From Anaerolineae bacterium (GTDB lineage Bacteria; Chloroflexota; Anaerolineae; Anaerolineales; E44-bin32): a stretch of 64,000 nt of DNA. A program made the position numbers and the translations under genes. The notes beneath the pieces are model-generated. The model searched no databases and was not told the origin of the DNA. It was given only the letters and a program-made list of their open reading frames with translations. The number at the start of each line of letters is the position of its first letter. Positions within the stretch are counted from its first letter, which is position 1. Of the stretch, positions 9,757-18,600 are shown piece by piece. The stretch spans positions 20,648 to 84,647 of the forward strand of contig DUET01000085.1 in NCBI GenBank assembly GCA_011192015.1. Reading direction: 5' to 3'.

Positions 9757-10228
9757 CTTCCGTTTGATCGATTCCCGCCGTCTCTTGGCTTTCTTTGCGG
9801 GTCTCGGCGGAGGCGCCAATGGGGTTTAGGGGGCTCGGGCCAAGACGGCGGATCTCAGCGGTGAGTTCAGCAGCGGCGAACGAGAACTCTCCTGCCATAG
9901 CCGCAGACACGTTGACCATCTGCAGGCGTTGGCTGTTGAGTCCAATCGACTCCAGGATTAGTTGTGCTTGTTCCACTCGACGCCGGGCGTTGGTATTACC
10001 TTCCAGGTAATGGCAGTCGCCAGGCAGTCAACCGGCGACCATGACGCCATCGGCGCCGTCTTCGAATGCTCGCAAGATGTGAAGGACATCCACGCGCCCG
10101 CTGCATAAAACTTCGATGATCTTGATCGCCGGCGGGTATTGGATTCGCAGGCTGCCCGCCAGGTCGGCGGCGTTGTAGGCGCAATGGCTGCAACAGAAAG
10201 CGACGATTTGAGGTTGGAAGTCCGTCAT
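9740..10228 (-). CDS. mvhD: MvhD/FlpD-family iron-sulfur protein (paralog 2) with in-frame TGA at 10028-10030, a probable selenocysteine at the conserved AGC position
   Basis: Track ORFs 10028..10240 and 9740..9976 share one frame, separated by one TGA plus 17 sense codons. The read-through translation ...DGVMVAG-U-LPGDCHYLEGNTNARRRVEQAQ... aligns with paralog 1 ...DGVMIAG-C-LEGDCHFQDGNINARRRIERLK... Start ATG at 10228 makes an ATGA overlap with the hdrA stop (alternative start 10240). Confidence 0.75.
9983..10024 (-). promoter_or_regulatory. Candidate bacterial SECIS-like stem-loop immediately 3' of the in-frame UGA
   Basis: On the mRNA strand: UGA CUGCC UGGCG AC UGCC AUUACC UGGAA GGUAAU ACCAA CGCC CGG. 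Perfect 6-bp apical stem (10006-10011 with 9995-10000), 5-nt loop UGGAA, and a lower GGCG/CGCC stem. The apical stem starts 16 nt after the UGA. Confidence 0.45.
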
Positions 10229-13200
10229 GTCCTCATCCAATCTTGGGCGAGTAAAGCGTCCAGTTTGATCAGGATCTGATCATCTCGGAAATGCGAGACG
10301 GTGATGGCCTTGGCAGGGCATTCAGCAGCGCAATTGCCACAGCCATGGCATACGGTGGGCTCAATATGGGCTGCACCAATGATTTTTCCGATGCCCACAT
10401 GTTCTTCGGTGACTTGCGGGACGCCGAAGGGACAGACGCGCACACACGTCAGGCATCCCACGCATTTCTCCGGATCGACCTGCGCCACGACTCCACCGGC
10501 AGTGAGATGTTCACGAGAGAGAACACAGGATGCTCTCGAGGCGGCAGCCTGAGCCTGCACGATCGACTCGTCGATGAATTTTGGATAGTGGGCGGCCCCC
10601 GCCATGTAGAAGCCATCCGATGAAAAATCAACGGGGCGAAGTTTGATGTGGGCTTCGAGGAAGAAGCCATCCGCATCACGGGATACCTTGAAGCAGGTCG
10701 CAAGTTCTTTGGTGCCTTCGCTGGGGACCATGGGTGTGCTGAGCATCAGGACATCCGGTGTGAGAGTGAGTTCGCGTCCTAGGCTGTGATCGCGCACACG
10801 GATCTCGAGAGAGCCGTTGTTGGAGACCACTTCGGGTTTGCTGTCGGCATCGTAGCGGATGAAGAGGATACCAGCCTGGCGTGCTTCAGTATACAGCCTT
10901 TCCTTGAAACCGTAGGTGCGGATGTCCTTGTAGAGCACGGTGATGCGAGCTTCCGGATTCAATTGCTTGAGCGTCATGGCGTTCTTCAGGGCGGTCGTGC
11001 AGCATACCCTGGCGCAGTAGCGCTCGGCAGGTCCTACGCAGAGGATCATGCCAACTTCATCGGGGAGTTTCCCACCCAATGCGCGCCATGCCTCGTCCGG
11101 CCTGCCATCAAGCTGCTTTACTTTGCCATCGGCATGAGCCAGCATGGCCTCGAATTCCAACCCGGTGAGCACACGCGGATTCTGCGTGTAAGCATACTCC
11201 TCGCCGTGGTATTCCTGGGCTCCGGTGGCGAGGATGGTCACGCCGTGGCGAACCTCACATTCCCCTCCCTCGTGATCCCGCAGCCAGGTCGTGAAATTCC
11301 CCATGAATCCATCGGTACGAATGACTTCGTGGCCTGTGTAAACATGGATCTGGGGATCTGCCAGGACTCTTTCGATCAGATCACGCAGGTTCTCCTGGGG
11401 ATCCTCGCCCTCTGTGGTCCAGTAGACATGGCGAGTGTTCCCGCCCAGGATCGGCTGGCGTTCGATCAGATGGACGTCGTAACCGCCCTGGGTCAGCGTG
11501 AGCGCGGCGCTCATACCGGCAACGCCGCCTCCGACCACGAGTGCACTGTGCTCATTGTCGACCTCGGTGGTGTAGAGCGGCTGCAGGGTGGAAACCCGGC
11601 CAACGGCCATGCGAATGAGTTCCTTTGCCTTGGCGGTGGCGGCCTCCTTGTCATGCGAGTGCACCCAGGAACACTGGTTGCGGATGTTGGCCATATCGAA
11701 CAGGGCCGGATTCAAACCTGCGGCGCGAATGCTGTCCTGGAAGAGCGGGGCATGTGTGTGTGGCGAGCAAGAGGCAACGACGACCCGATTGAGGCCATGC
11801 TCCCCGACCATTTCCGTGATGTGGGAGATCGTGTCCTGTGAGCAGGTGTAGAGATTGTTCTCTGCATGGACGACGCCTGGAAGATTCTTGGCGTACTCAG
11901 CGGCGTTGGGAACGTCCAGGTATCCACCGATGTTCGATCCGCAGTGGCATACGAAGACGCCGATGCGGGGTTCCTCTCCGCTGATGTCGCGTTCGGGAGG
12001 GAATACGGGCGTCTTGGTCAAGGTGTGCCGCGCTGTGGAGAGAAGACCGGCTGCGCATGCTGCGGCGCCGCTGGCATCGATCACCGATTCCGGAATGTCC
12101 TTGGGCTCGCGGAAGGGCCCCACCGCAAAGATGCCGGGGTGCGTGGTTTCCAGCGGGTGGAAGAGAGTCGTATGGCAGAAGCCATATTCGTCCAACTCGA
12201 CACCGAGATTGCGACCGAGCTGCTTGACGGACTCCGAGATCTCCATGCCCACGGACAAGACGACCAGATCGAATCGCTCTTCCTGGATTGGTGGTTGATC
12301 CCCGTTGCTGCCGGATTGATCCGTTGCGAAGCGTATGATCAGATCCTTCGTGTCCGGATCTTCGCGCAGTTCGGAGATGCGGCAGCGAACATACTCGACG
12401 CCGTATTGTTTCTTGGCGCGTTGGTAGTAGGACTCGTATCCCTTGCTGAAAGCCCGCATGTCCATCATGAAGACATGAACTTCAGCCTCGGAGTCGTGCT
12501 CCTTGATCATCACCGCTTCTTTGGCGGCATACATACAGCATACGGAGGAGCAATAATCATGGTTCTGATCGCGCGATCCCACACATTGGAGGAAGGCGAT
12601 CCTCTTGGCTGGTTCGCTGTTGGAGGGGCGCTGCACGTGGCCCTCGGTAGGACCGGAGGCGCAAAGCAGACGTTCGAGCTGCAGGGCGGTCACGACGTTC
12701 GGGTAACGTCCCAGGCCGAATTCCTGGGAGAGTTCGGCGTTGAAGATCTGGTAACCAGGCGCCAGGATGATGGCGCCCACATCAACCTGCTCGGTCGTTT
12801 CCACCATGTCATGATCGACGGCTTCTCTTCCGCAGGCGTACTGGCAGGAGAGGCATTCCGAGCAGAGCGCACACGATAGGCAACGTGCCGCCTCCGCCTG
12901 GGCGAGTTCATCGGTGTAGCCGCGTTCGATCTCATCGAAGCCCTTGACACGCTTCTCAACGGGCAGTTCCGGCATGGGGATGCGTCCAGTGGGTTCGAAC
13001 TCTCCATGGCGCACTCGTTCCTGCAGTTCGGCCCGAGTGAACTTAACGACCGGTAATTCGGGCTTCTGCGGGGGTTCTAACTCCTCCCCTTGTAGATAGC
13101 GATGGATGCTCTCGGCAGATTGGTGGCCGGAAGCAACGGCTTCGATCACAAAGGCGGTACCGGACACGCTATCACCCGCGGCGAACACGCCGGGTCGTGT

Positions 13201-14835
13201 GGCAGCCATGGTGTTGGGGTTGATGGCGATCGTGCGCTGACCCGTGATGCCGACACCGGCGTCATCGGGGATGAAGGCCAAGCCGGCGCGCTGTCCCACG
13301 GAGAAGATGATCGTATCAGCTTCGAGGACATGCTCCGATTCGGGCACCGTCTCAACGCTCAGGCGGCCTTCGTGATCGAATGCAAAGGAGCTGACCTTGT
13401 TGCAGACGACGCCTGATGCTTTTCCATTTCCGTTGTCGTTGATTCGCACGAAAGTGCGGTCGGCGTGAATGATGACGCCTTCCTTTTCGGCGTCATCCGC
13501 CTCCCACGCATGGCAGGGCAGGTTGTCGCGTGGTTCGAGGCAGGCCATGTGGACTTCGGCGCCCAGCCTTACGGCTGTGCGTGCGCAATCGACGGCGACA
13601 TTACCACCACCGAGAACCAAAACCTTACCGTTGAGTTTCGGTGGATTTCCCAGGCGAACGTCCCTCAGGAAACGAGTGTTGATCAAGACGCCATCGAGAT
13701 CCGCTCCCGGGATGGGGAGGCGAATGCCTTCATGAGCGCCGACGGCGATCAGAACGGCGTCGAATCCCTCATCGAAGAGCTTGTCCAGATCGTCGATACG
13801 GGTGTTCAGTTGAAGATCAACACCCAAATCGATGATGTCTGCCACCTCGCGTTCGATGATTTCGGTTGGAAGACGATACTCAGGCACCCCCACACGCAGC
13901 ATGCCGCCGGCTACGGGGAGGGCTTCAAAAACCGTGACCCCATAACCAAGACGCACAAGGTCTTGCGCAGCGGTTAAGCCGCAAGGGCCGGCGCCAATGA
14001 TGGCCACACGCTGATCATGGATGCGTTCAACCGGCTCCACGGTCTCGCGTGGTTTCTCGTACACCTTGTCCGTGACGAAGCGTTTCAGCGCCCGGATGTT
14101 GATGGGCTCATCGATGAGACCGCGGTTGCAGGCATCCTCACAGCGATGGTTGCAGATGCGACCGCAGATGCCGGGGAAGGGATTGTCCTCCTTGATGACG
14201 CGGATTGCATCCTCATAACGCCCCTCGCGTATCAAGGCGATATAGCCCTGGGCGCGTTGTCCGGATGGGCAGGCGTCACGGCAAGGAGAGATGCCCAGCT
14301 TCTCGATGGAGAAGGCGTTGGGAACGCCCTGGGGATAGAGTTTATGGGCCGCGCGGCGCTCCGAGAGCCCCTCTTCAAACGGATCCGGAAGGATCACGGG
14401 GCATACATCGACGCAGTCGCCGCACCCCACACATTTGGAGACATCGATATAGCGAGGTTTGTGGCGCAGGGTGACTTGGAAGTCTCCGGGCTGACCTTCG
14501 ACATCAACGACCTCTGTGTCGACCATGAGGTTGATGTTGAGATGGCGCCCGGTATCGACCAGCTTGGGGCTGATGGTGCACATGGCGCAGTCGTTTGTAG
14601 GGAAGGTCTTGTCGAGTTGCGCCATGTGGCCGCCTATGGCGGAATTGCTTTCGACGAGATGAACGAGATACCCTTGATCGGCGAGGTCAAGACTGGCCTG
14701 CATCCCTGCGATGCCTGCGCCGACCACCATCACCGCTCCCACTGATCTCATTTCTTTCGGCGCTTCCTGCGTTGGCTCGTCCTTGGGTGTTTGAACGCTA
14801 TCTGCCACGATTCTCCTCACCGATCGATGAATCAA
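10225..14835 (-). CDS. hdrA: Giant HdrA-type flavoprotein with GltD/NfnB-like NAD(P)H module plus second HdrA unit (HdrL-type), paralog 2
   Basis: 1536-aa ORF colinear with 3222..7760. Shares motifs: VVGAGIAGMQASLDLADQG, FPTNDCAMC, NPFPGICGRICNHRCEDAC, VAIIGAGPCGLTAAQDL, FLQCVGSRDQNHDYCSSVCCMYA, VFVCHCGSNIGGY, and a C-terminal 2x[4Fe-4S]. Start uncertain (TTG 14835, or a downstream GTG/ATG). Confidence 0.9.
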   Translation of the reverse strand: MIHRSVRRIVADSVQTPKDEPTQEAPKEMRSVGAVMVVGAGIAGMQASLDLADQGYLVHLVESNSAIGGHMAQLDKTFPTNDCAMCTISPKLVDTGRHLNINLMVDTEVVDVEGQPGDFQVTLRHKPRYIDVSKCVGCGDCVDVCPVILPDPFEEGLSERRAAHKLYPQGVPNAFSIEKLGISPCRDACPSGQRAQGYIALIREGRYEDAIRVIKEDNPFPGICGRICNHRCEDACNRGLIDEPINIRALKRFVTDKVYEKPRETVEPVERIHDQRVAIIGAGPCGLTAAQDLVRLGYGVTVFEALPVAGGMLRVGVPEYRLPTEIIEREVADIIDLGVDLQLNTRIDDLDKLFDEGFDAVLIAVGAHEGIRLPIPGADLDGVLINTRFLRDVRLGNPPKLNGKVLVLGGGNVAVDCARTAVRLGAEVHMACLEPRDNLPCHAWEADDAEKEGVIIHADRTFVRINDNGNGKASGVVCNKVSSFAFDHEGRLSVETVPESEHVLEADTIIFSVGQRAGLAFIPDDAGVGITGQRTIAINPNTMAATRPGVFAAGDSVSGTAFVIEAVASGHQSAESIHRYLQGEELEPPQKPELPVVKFTRAELQERVRHGEFEPTGRIPMPELPVEKRVKGFDEIERGYTDELAQAEAARCLSCALCSECLSCQYACGREAVDHDMVETTEQVDVGAIILAPGYQIFNAELSQEFGLGRYPNVVTALQLERLLCASGPTEGHVQRPSNSEPAKRIAFLQCVGSRDQNHDYCSSVCCMYAAKEAVMIKEHDSEAEVHVFMMDMRAFSKGYESYYQRAKKQYGVEYVRCRISELREDPDTKDLIIRFATDQSGSNGDQPPIQEERFDLVVLSVGMEISESVKQLGRNLGVELDEYGFCHTTLFHPLETTHPGIFAVGPFREPKDIPESVIDASGAAACAAGLLSTARHTLTKTPVFPPERDISGEEPRIGVFVCHCGSNIGGYLDVPNAAEYAKNLPGVVHAENNLYTCSQDTISHITEMVGEHGLNRVVVASCSPHTHAPLFQDSIRAAGLNPALFDMANIRNQCSWVHSHDKEAATAKAKELIRMAVGRVSTLQPLYTTEVDNEHSALVVGGGVAGMSAALTLTQGGYDVHLIERQPILGGNTRHVYWTTEGEDPQENLRDLIERVLADPQIHVYTGHEVIRTDGFMGNFTTWLRDHEGGECEVRHGVTILATGAQEYHGEEYAYTQNPRVLTGLEFEAMLAHADGKVKQLDGRPDEAWRALGGKLPDEVGMILCVGPAERYCARVCCTTALKNAMTLKQLNPEARITVLYKDIRTYGFKERLYTEARQAGILFIRYDADSKPEVVSNNGSLEIRVRDHSLGRELTLTPDVLMLSTPMVPSEGTKELATCFKVSRDADGFFLEAHIKLRPVDFSSDGFYMAGAAHYPKFIDESIVQAQAAASRASCVLSREHLTAGGVVAQVDPEKCVGCLTCVRVCPFGVPQVTEEHVGIGKIIGAAHIEPTVCHGCGNCAAECPAKAITVSHFRDDQILIKLDALLAQDWMRT

Positions 14836-15165
14836 AATGGACCACGGATTCTCACGTGGGTTGCGATTTGTGTGCAGATAATGATAGTCGTCGGATTAGC
14901 GCTCTCTCCAGTGCCGGATGTCACCGCATCAAGGGAGAAACATCTCTGCCCTCGGGTTATCCAGGAGAGGCCGAAAGAAGCGTTTTAGGATCGGAAACTT
15001 GGATGACCGTAGTTTTCAGGGCTCATCACAGATGCAGCGGCTTGCGCCGGAATAATCCCCATGGAGAGTCACTTCACTGCGCGGCCAAGGATTGGATCGA
15101 GCTGGCGTGCATGGCTCCTTTCCGGCTCCGGCTCGGTCGGACGAGGGACTGAGCCGCTATTGCGA

Positions 15166-15624
15166 TCAGGATGTCGGGTGAGGTTCGAAATCCGCAATCG
15201 GGAATGGTCGCTTCAGCGGATTTGGGCCCAGTTGGCGAATTCTCTCCGTCATCTCCTGCGCATATTGAGCGAAGCTCGCTCCCATGCCGCCGGAGACGAA
15301 GAACATGTCCAGTCGCTCCGGTTCCAATCCGATGCTCTCGAGGATCTTGCGTGCCTGCAGCATGCGGGCGTATCCGCGTTCGTTTCCATGCTCATGATGG
15401 CAATTGCCCAGCGAGCAAGCAACGATGTAGACGCCATCAGCGCCTTGCTCGAAGGCATCGAGCAGGTATTGGATGTCCGTTTTCCCCGTGCAGGGGAGGC
15501 GCACGATCTTGATGCTCGCAGGGTATTCATTGCGCAGGGAACCGGCGGTGTCTGCAGCCATGTAGCCGCAGTAGATGCAGGCAAAGACTGTGATCTCGGG
15601 TGTGAAGCTGGGGTCAGGTTTCAT
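15166..15624 (-). CDS. mvhD: MvhD/FlpD-family iron-sulfur protein (paralog 3)
   Basis: Track ORF is 15166..15726; the likely start is ATG 15624 (MKPDPSFTPEITVFACIYCGYMAADTAG). Contains RLPCTGK and VACSLGNCHH motifs. Lies 65 nt downstream of hdrA paralog 3. Confidence 0.85.
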   Translation of the reverse strand: MKPDPSFTPEITVFACIYCGYMAADTAGSLRNEYPASIKIVRLPCTGKTDIQYLLDAFEQGADGVYIVACSLGNCHHEHGNERGYARMLQARKILESIGLEPERLDMFFVSGGMGASFAQYAQEMTERIRQLGPNPLKRPFPIADFEPHPTS

Positions 15625-15689
15625 GCCGTTTTCCGTTTTTCTACATCCTGTGTCGTTGAACCGGGGATGAAACTGCTTCGATCTCAGCT

Positions 15690-18600
15690 TCAATCTGCTG
15701 CGAGCTCTGGAAGTGGCTGCTCCCATTGGCCCAACCCAACCCGGATCTGATCGTCATGGTAATGACGGAGCTGAATGGCGCGCGCGGGACATTCTGCTGT
15801 GCAAGTTCCACATCCCTGGCAACGGGCGGGATTGATCCAGGCTGCGCCGTCCAATCCGCCCACACCGACTTGATCGATCCGGATTTCGGGAATGCCGAAG
15901 GGGCATGTACGAACGCAGGTGAGACAGCCGGTGCATCGATCGGGATCCACAACCGCGATGACGCCTCCCAATTGGATGGTGGGTCTACTGAGGATGGTCA
16001 GCGCCCGCCCGACGCATGCGAGCGAGTGGGTGATGCACTCCTCCAGGAATTTTGGATAGTGCGCCATCCCGGTCAGGAAGATGCCCTCGTCGGCAAATTC
16101 CATGGGCCGCATCTTCAGGTGGCTCTCCTGGAAGAATCCTTCCGGAGACTGGGGTACGCCCAGCATTTGAGCCAATTTGGAGGTGTCTTCCGCCGGCTGA
16201 ACCGCCATGCTCAGCGCAAGCAGATCGGGTTCGAAGGACAACGTGCGGCCGAAAATATTCTCCTGGATATCCACAATGGTCTTCAGCCGCGAGCCGCTCA
16301 ATTCGATACGCACACGCGGCGGATCGTTCTCGGTGTAGCGCACGAAGAGGACGCCGCGTCTTCGAGCCTCGATGTAGTATTTCTCCCGAAAGCCGTACGT
16401 GATGATGTTCTTATACAGGATCACCACCTGGCAATCCGGATTGAGCATTTTCAGGCGCAGAGCGTTCTTCAGAGAATTGGTGCAGCAGATCCGCGAGCAG
16501 TAATCGATTCCATCTTCAGGCATCACACATTGGATCATGACCACCGATCGCAGGCGCGTGGCGCGTTCGGGCTGGTGGGCAAGGATCTGCTCGAGTTCGG
16601 ATTGTGGAATCACACGTGGATCCTTGCCGAGCAAGTAGCGACTGCCACCCGCTTCCTTGCCTCCAGTGGCCAGGATGGTTACGGCGTGGCGGATTTCCTC
16701 TTCTTGGAAGGAACCGTTGGAGCGTTGGCTGCGGATGCGCGCCCGGAAATCGCCGACGCTGCCGGTATGGCGAACGATCTGGCTGCGTATGTGAAGCGAT
16801 ATGCGCTCGTGGCTCAAGATTCGGTTGACGAGATCGCGCAGCAGGCGCTGGGGATTGTCCCCCTCGGCCACGTAGTAAACATGCCGCAGATTGCCGCCCA
16901 ACTCATTATCTTTCTCGACAAGGTGGACATCGTAACCCGCATCTGCAATTCCCAGGGCTGCAGTCATCCCCGAGACACCCCCACCGATGACGAGCGCAGC
17001 CCGGACGGGTTTACGCTCTTCCTTGATGATGGGGACGGCATGCCGGATGCGCTCGATACCCATGCGCATCAACTCGTATGCCTTATGCGTGGCGCCCTGA
17101 TGATCCTGGGGATGCACCCAGGCGCAGTGTTCACGTAAATTCACCACCTCGACCAGATAGGGATTGATGCCGGTCTCTGCGACCAAGCGCTGGAAGAGTG
17201 GTTCATGGGTTCTATGGCTGCAGGCGCCGATCACCAAACGATTGGCACCGTTGCTCCGGATCAGATCGCGGATTTGTTGCTTGCCGTCTTGCAGGCATGC
17301 CAGCGGCAGGATCTCGACCTTCTTGACACCTTCCAGGTGTGTGATCTGATCGGCGATGGTTTTCAGGTCGATGATGTTGCTGATCTCGCCTGCGCAACCA
17401 CAAAGCACGACGCTGATGGCTGGATCCTTAGGTTTTTCTTCCTGAACCGTGCTTCCAGACTCCAAACTGAGGAACGGTTGGGCCCGGCTGAAGGTTCTCG
17501 ATCCGAGCTGGTCGTGCATGATGCGCATGGCTTCGGCGGCGGCTCCGGAGGCGTCGAGGATCGTCTCGGCGATCTCCTTCGGTGAGGCAAATGCGCCACA
17601 CACGAAGACGCCGGGTCTGGAAGTCGAAAGCGGGGCGAACTTGTCTGTTTCGCAGAAACCGTATTCATTGAGGTTGATACCCAATTGCTGGGCGATCTTG
17701 ACCGCATCCTTTGGCGGGCGAATGCCGACCGTGAGGACGAGCAGGTCGAATCGCTCTTCCTGTATCGCACCTTGACCGTGAGCTGCCTCTTCGTGAATGC
17801 GGCCAGCGGGGAAGCGCAGGATCACTTCACCCGTCTCTGGATCTTCATCGACGGAGGAAATACGGCAGCGGGTGTAGTTGATTCCGAAATCATCACGGGC
17901 CTTCTGGTAGTAGAAGTTGTATTCCTTGTTGAAAGCGCGTTCATCCATCGTGAAGATGTGGCATTCAACACCGTCGATGCGTTCCTTGGCCAGCATCGCC
18001 TCCTTGGTCGCATACATGCAACAGATGGAGGAGCAGTATGGATTACGCTGATCGCGAGAGCCGATGCATTGCAGCCAGGCGATGCGTTTTGGGACTTCGT
18101 TGTTGGAAATGCGCCGCACGATGCCCTCGGTGGGGCCGGATCGAGAGGCCAGCCGCTCATACTGCATCGAGGTGATCACGTCCGGAATGCGGCCGTAACC
18201 CAATTCGGGCATCTCGCTGGGATCGAAGGGTTGAAATCCCATGGCCATGATCACGGCGCCGACATGGATCTCCATCGGCTTCGGAGCAGCTTCAAGATCA
18301 ATCGCATCGGTTGGACAAACCTCAACGCATTTCCGGCAATCTTCGCATCGATCGGTCTTCTGGAGCAGGTAGTACGCGTTGGGCAGAGAACGAGGCGCAG
18401 ACTTGTCGATCAATTTCCGCGAACTGAGGCCCAGTTGGAAGCCGCTGGGGCGGATCTCAGGGCAGACCTCGGCGCATCGCCCGCAGTTGATGCACAGGCT
18501 TGCGTTAACGATCTGCGGTTTCTCCTGCAGGACCACCCTGAAGTCGCCAGCTTGGCCTTCGCAACTGATTAGGTCCGTCGATGTCAGTACGGTGATATTG

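Noticed and set aside
10028-10030. The TGA in mvhD paralog 2 interpreted as a pseudogene-forming nonsense mutation or a sequencing error.
   Set aside because: Homology continues in-frame for about 95 codons. The stop coincides exactly with a conserved Cys codon position, a hairpin follows, and MvhD is a known selenoprotein family. A pseudogene or error cannot be fully excluded without reads or the Sec machinery, so the CDS confidence is kept at 0.75.
15125-15165. Weak inverted repeat CGGCTC..(16 nt)..GAGCCG just after mvhD paralog 3, considered as a terminator.
   Set aside because: It has only a 6-bp stem, a large loop and no U tract. That is not enough to call.
15726-17138. 470-aa plus-strand ORF, one of many long ORFs antisense to confidently called genes. 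Others include 483-1106, 1066-2064, 6063-6947, 6951-7913, 7678-8910, 10786-11841, 11866-12879, 17685-18572, 19171-20280, 20642-21613, 25250-26272, 28536-29546 and 30833-31687.
   Set aside because: These are shadow ORFs typical of GC-rich DNA. Their translations are low-complexity (rich in R/A/G/H/D) with no motifs, while the opposite strand encodes proteins with dense, recognisable family signatures.
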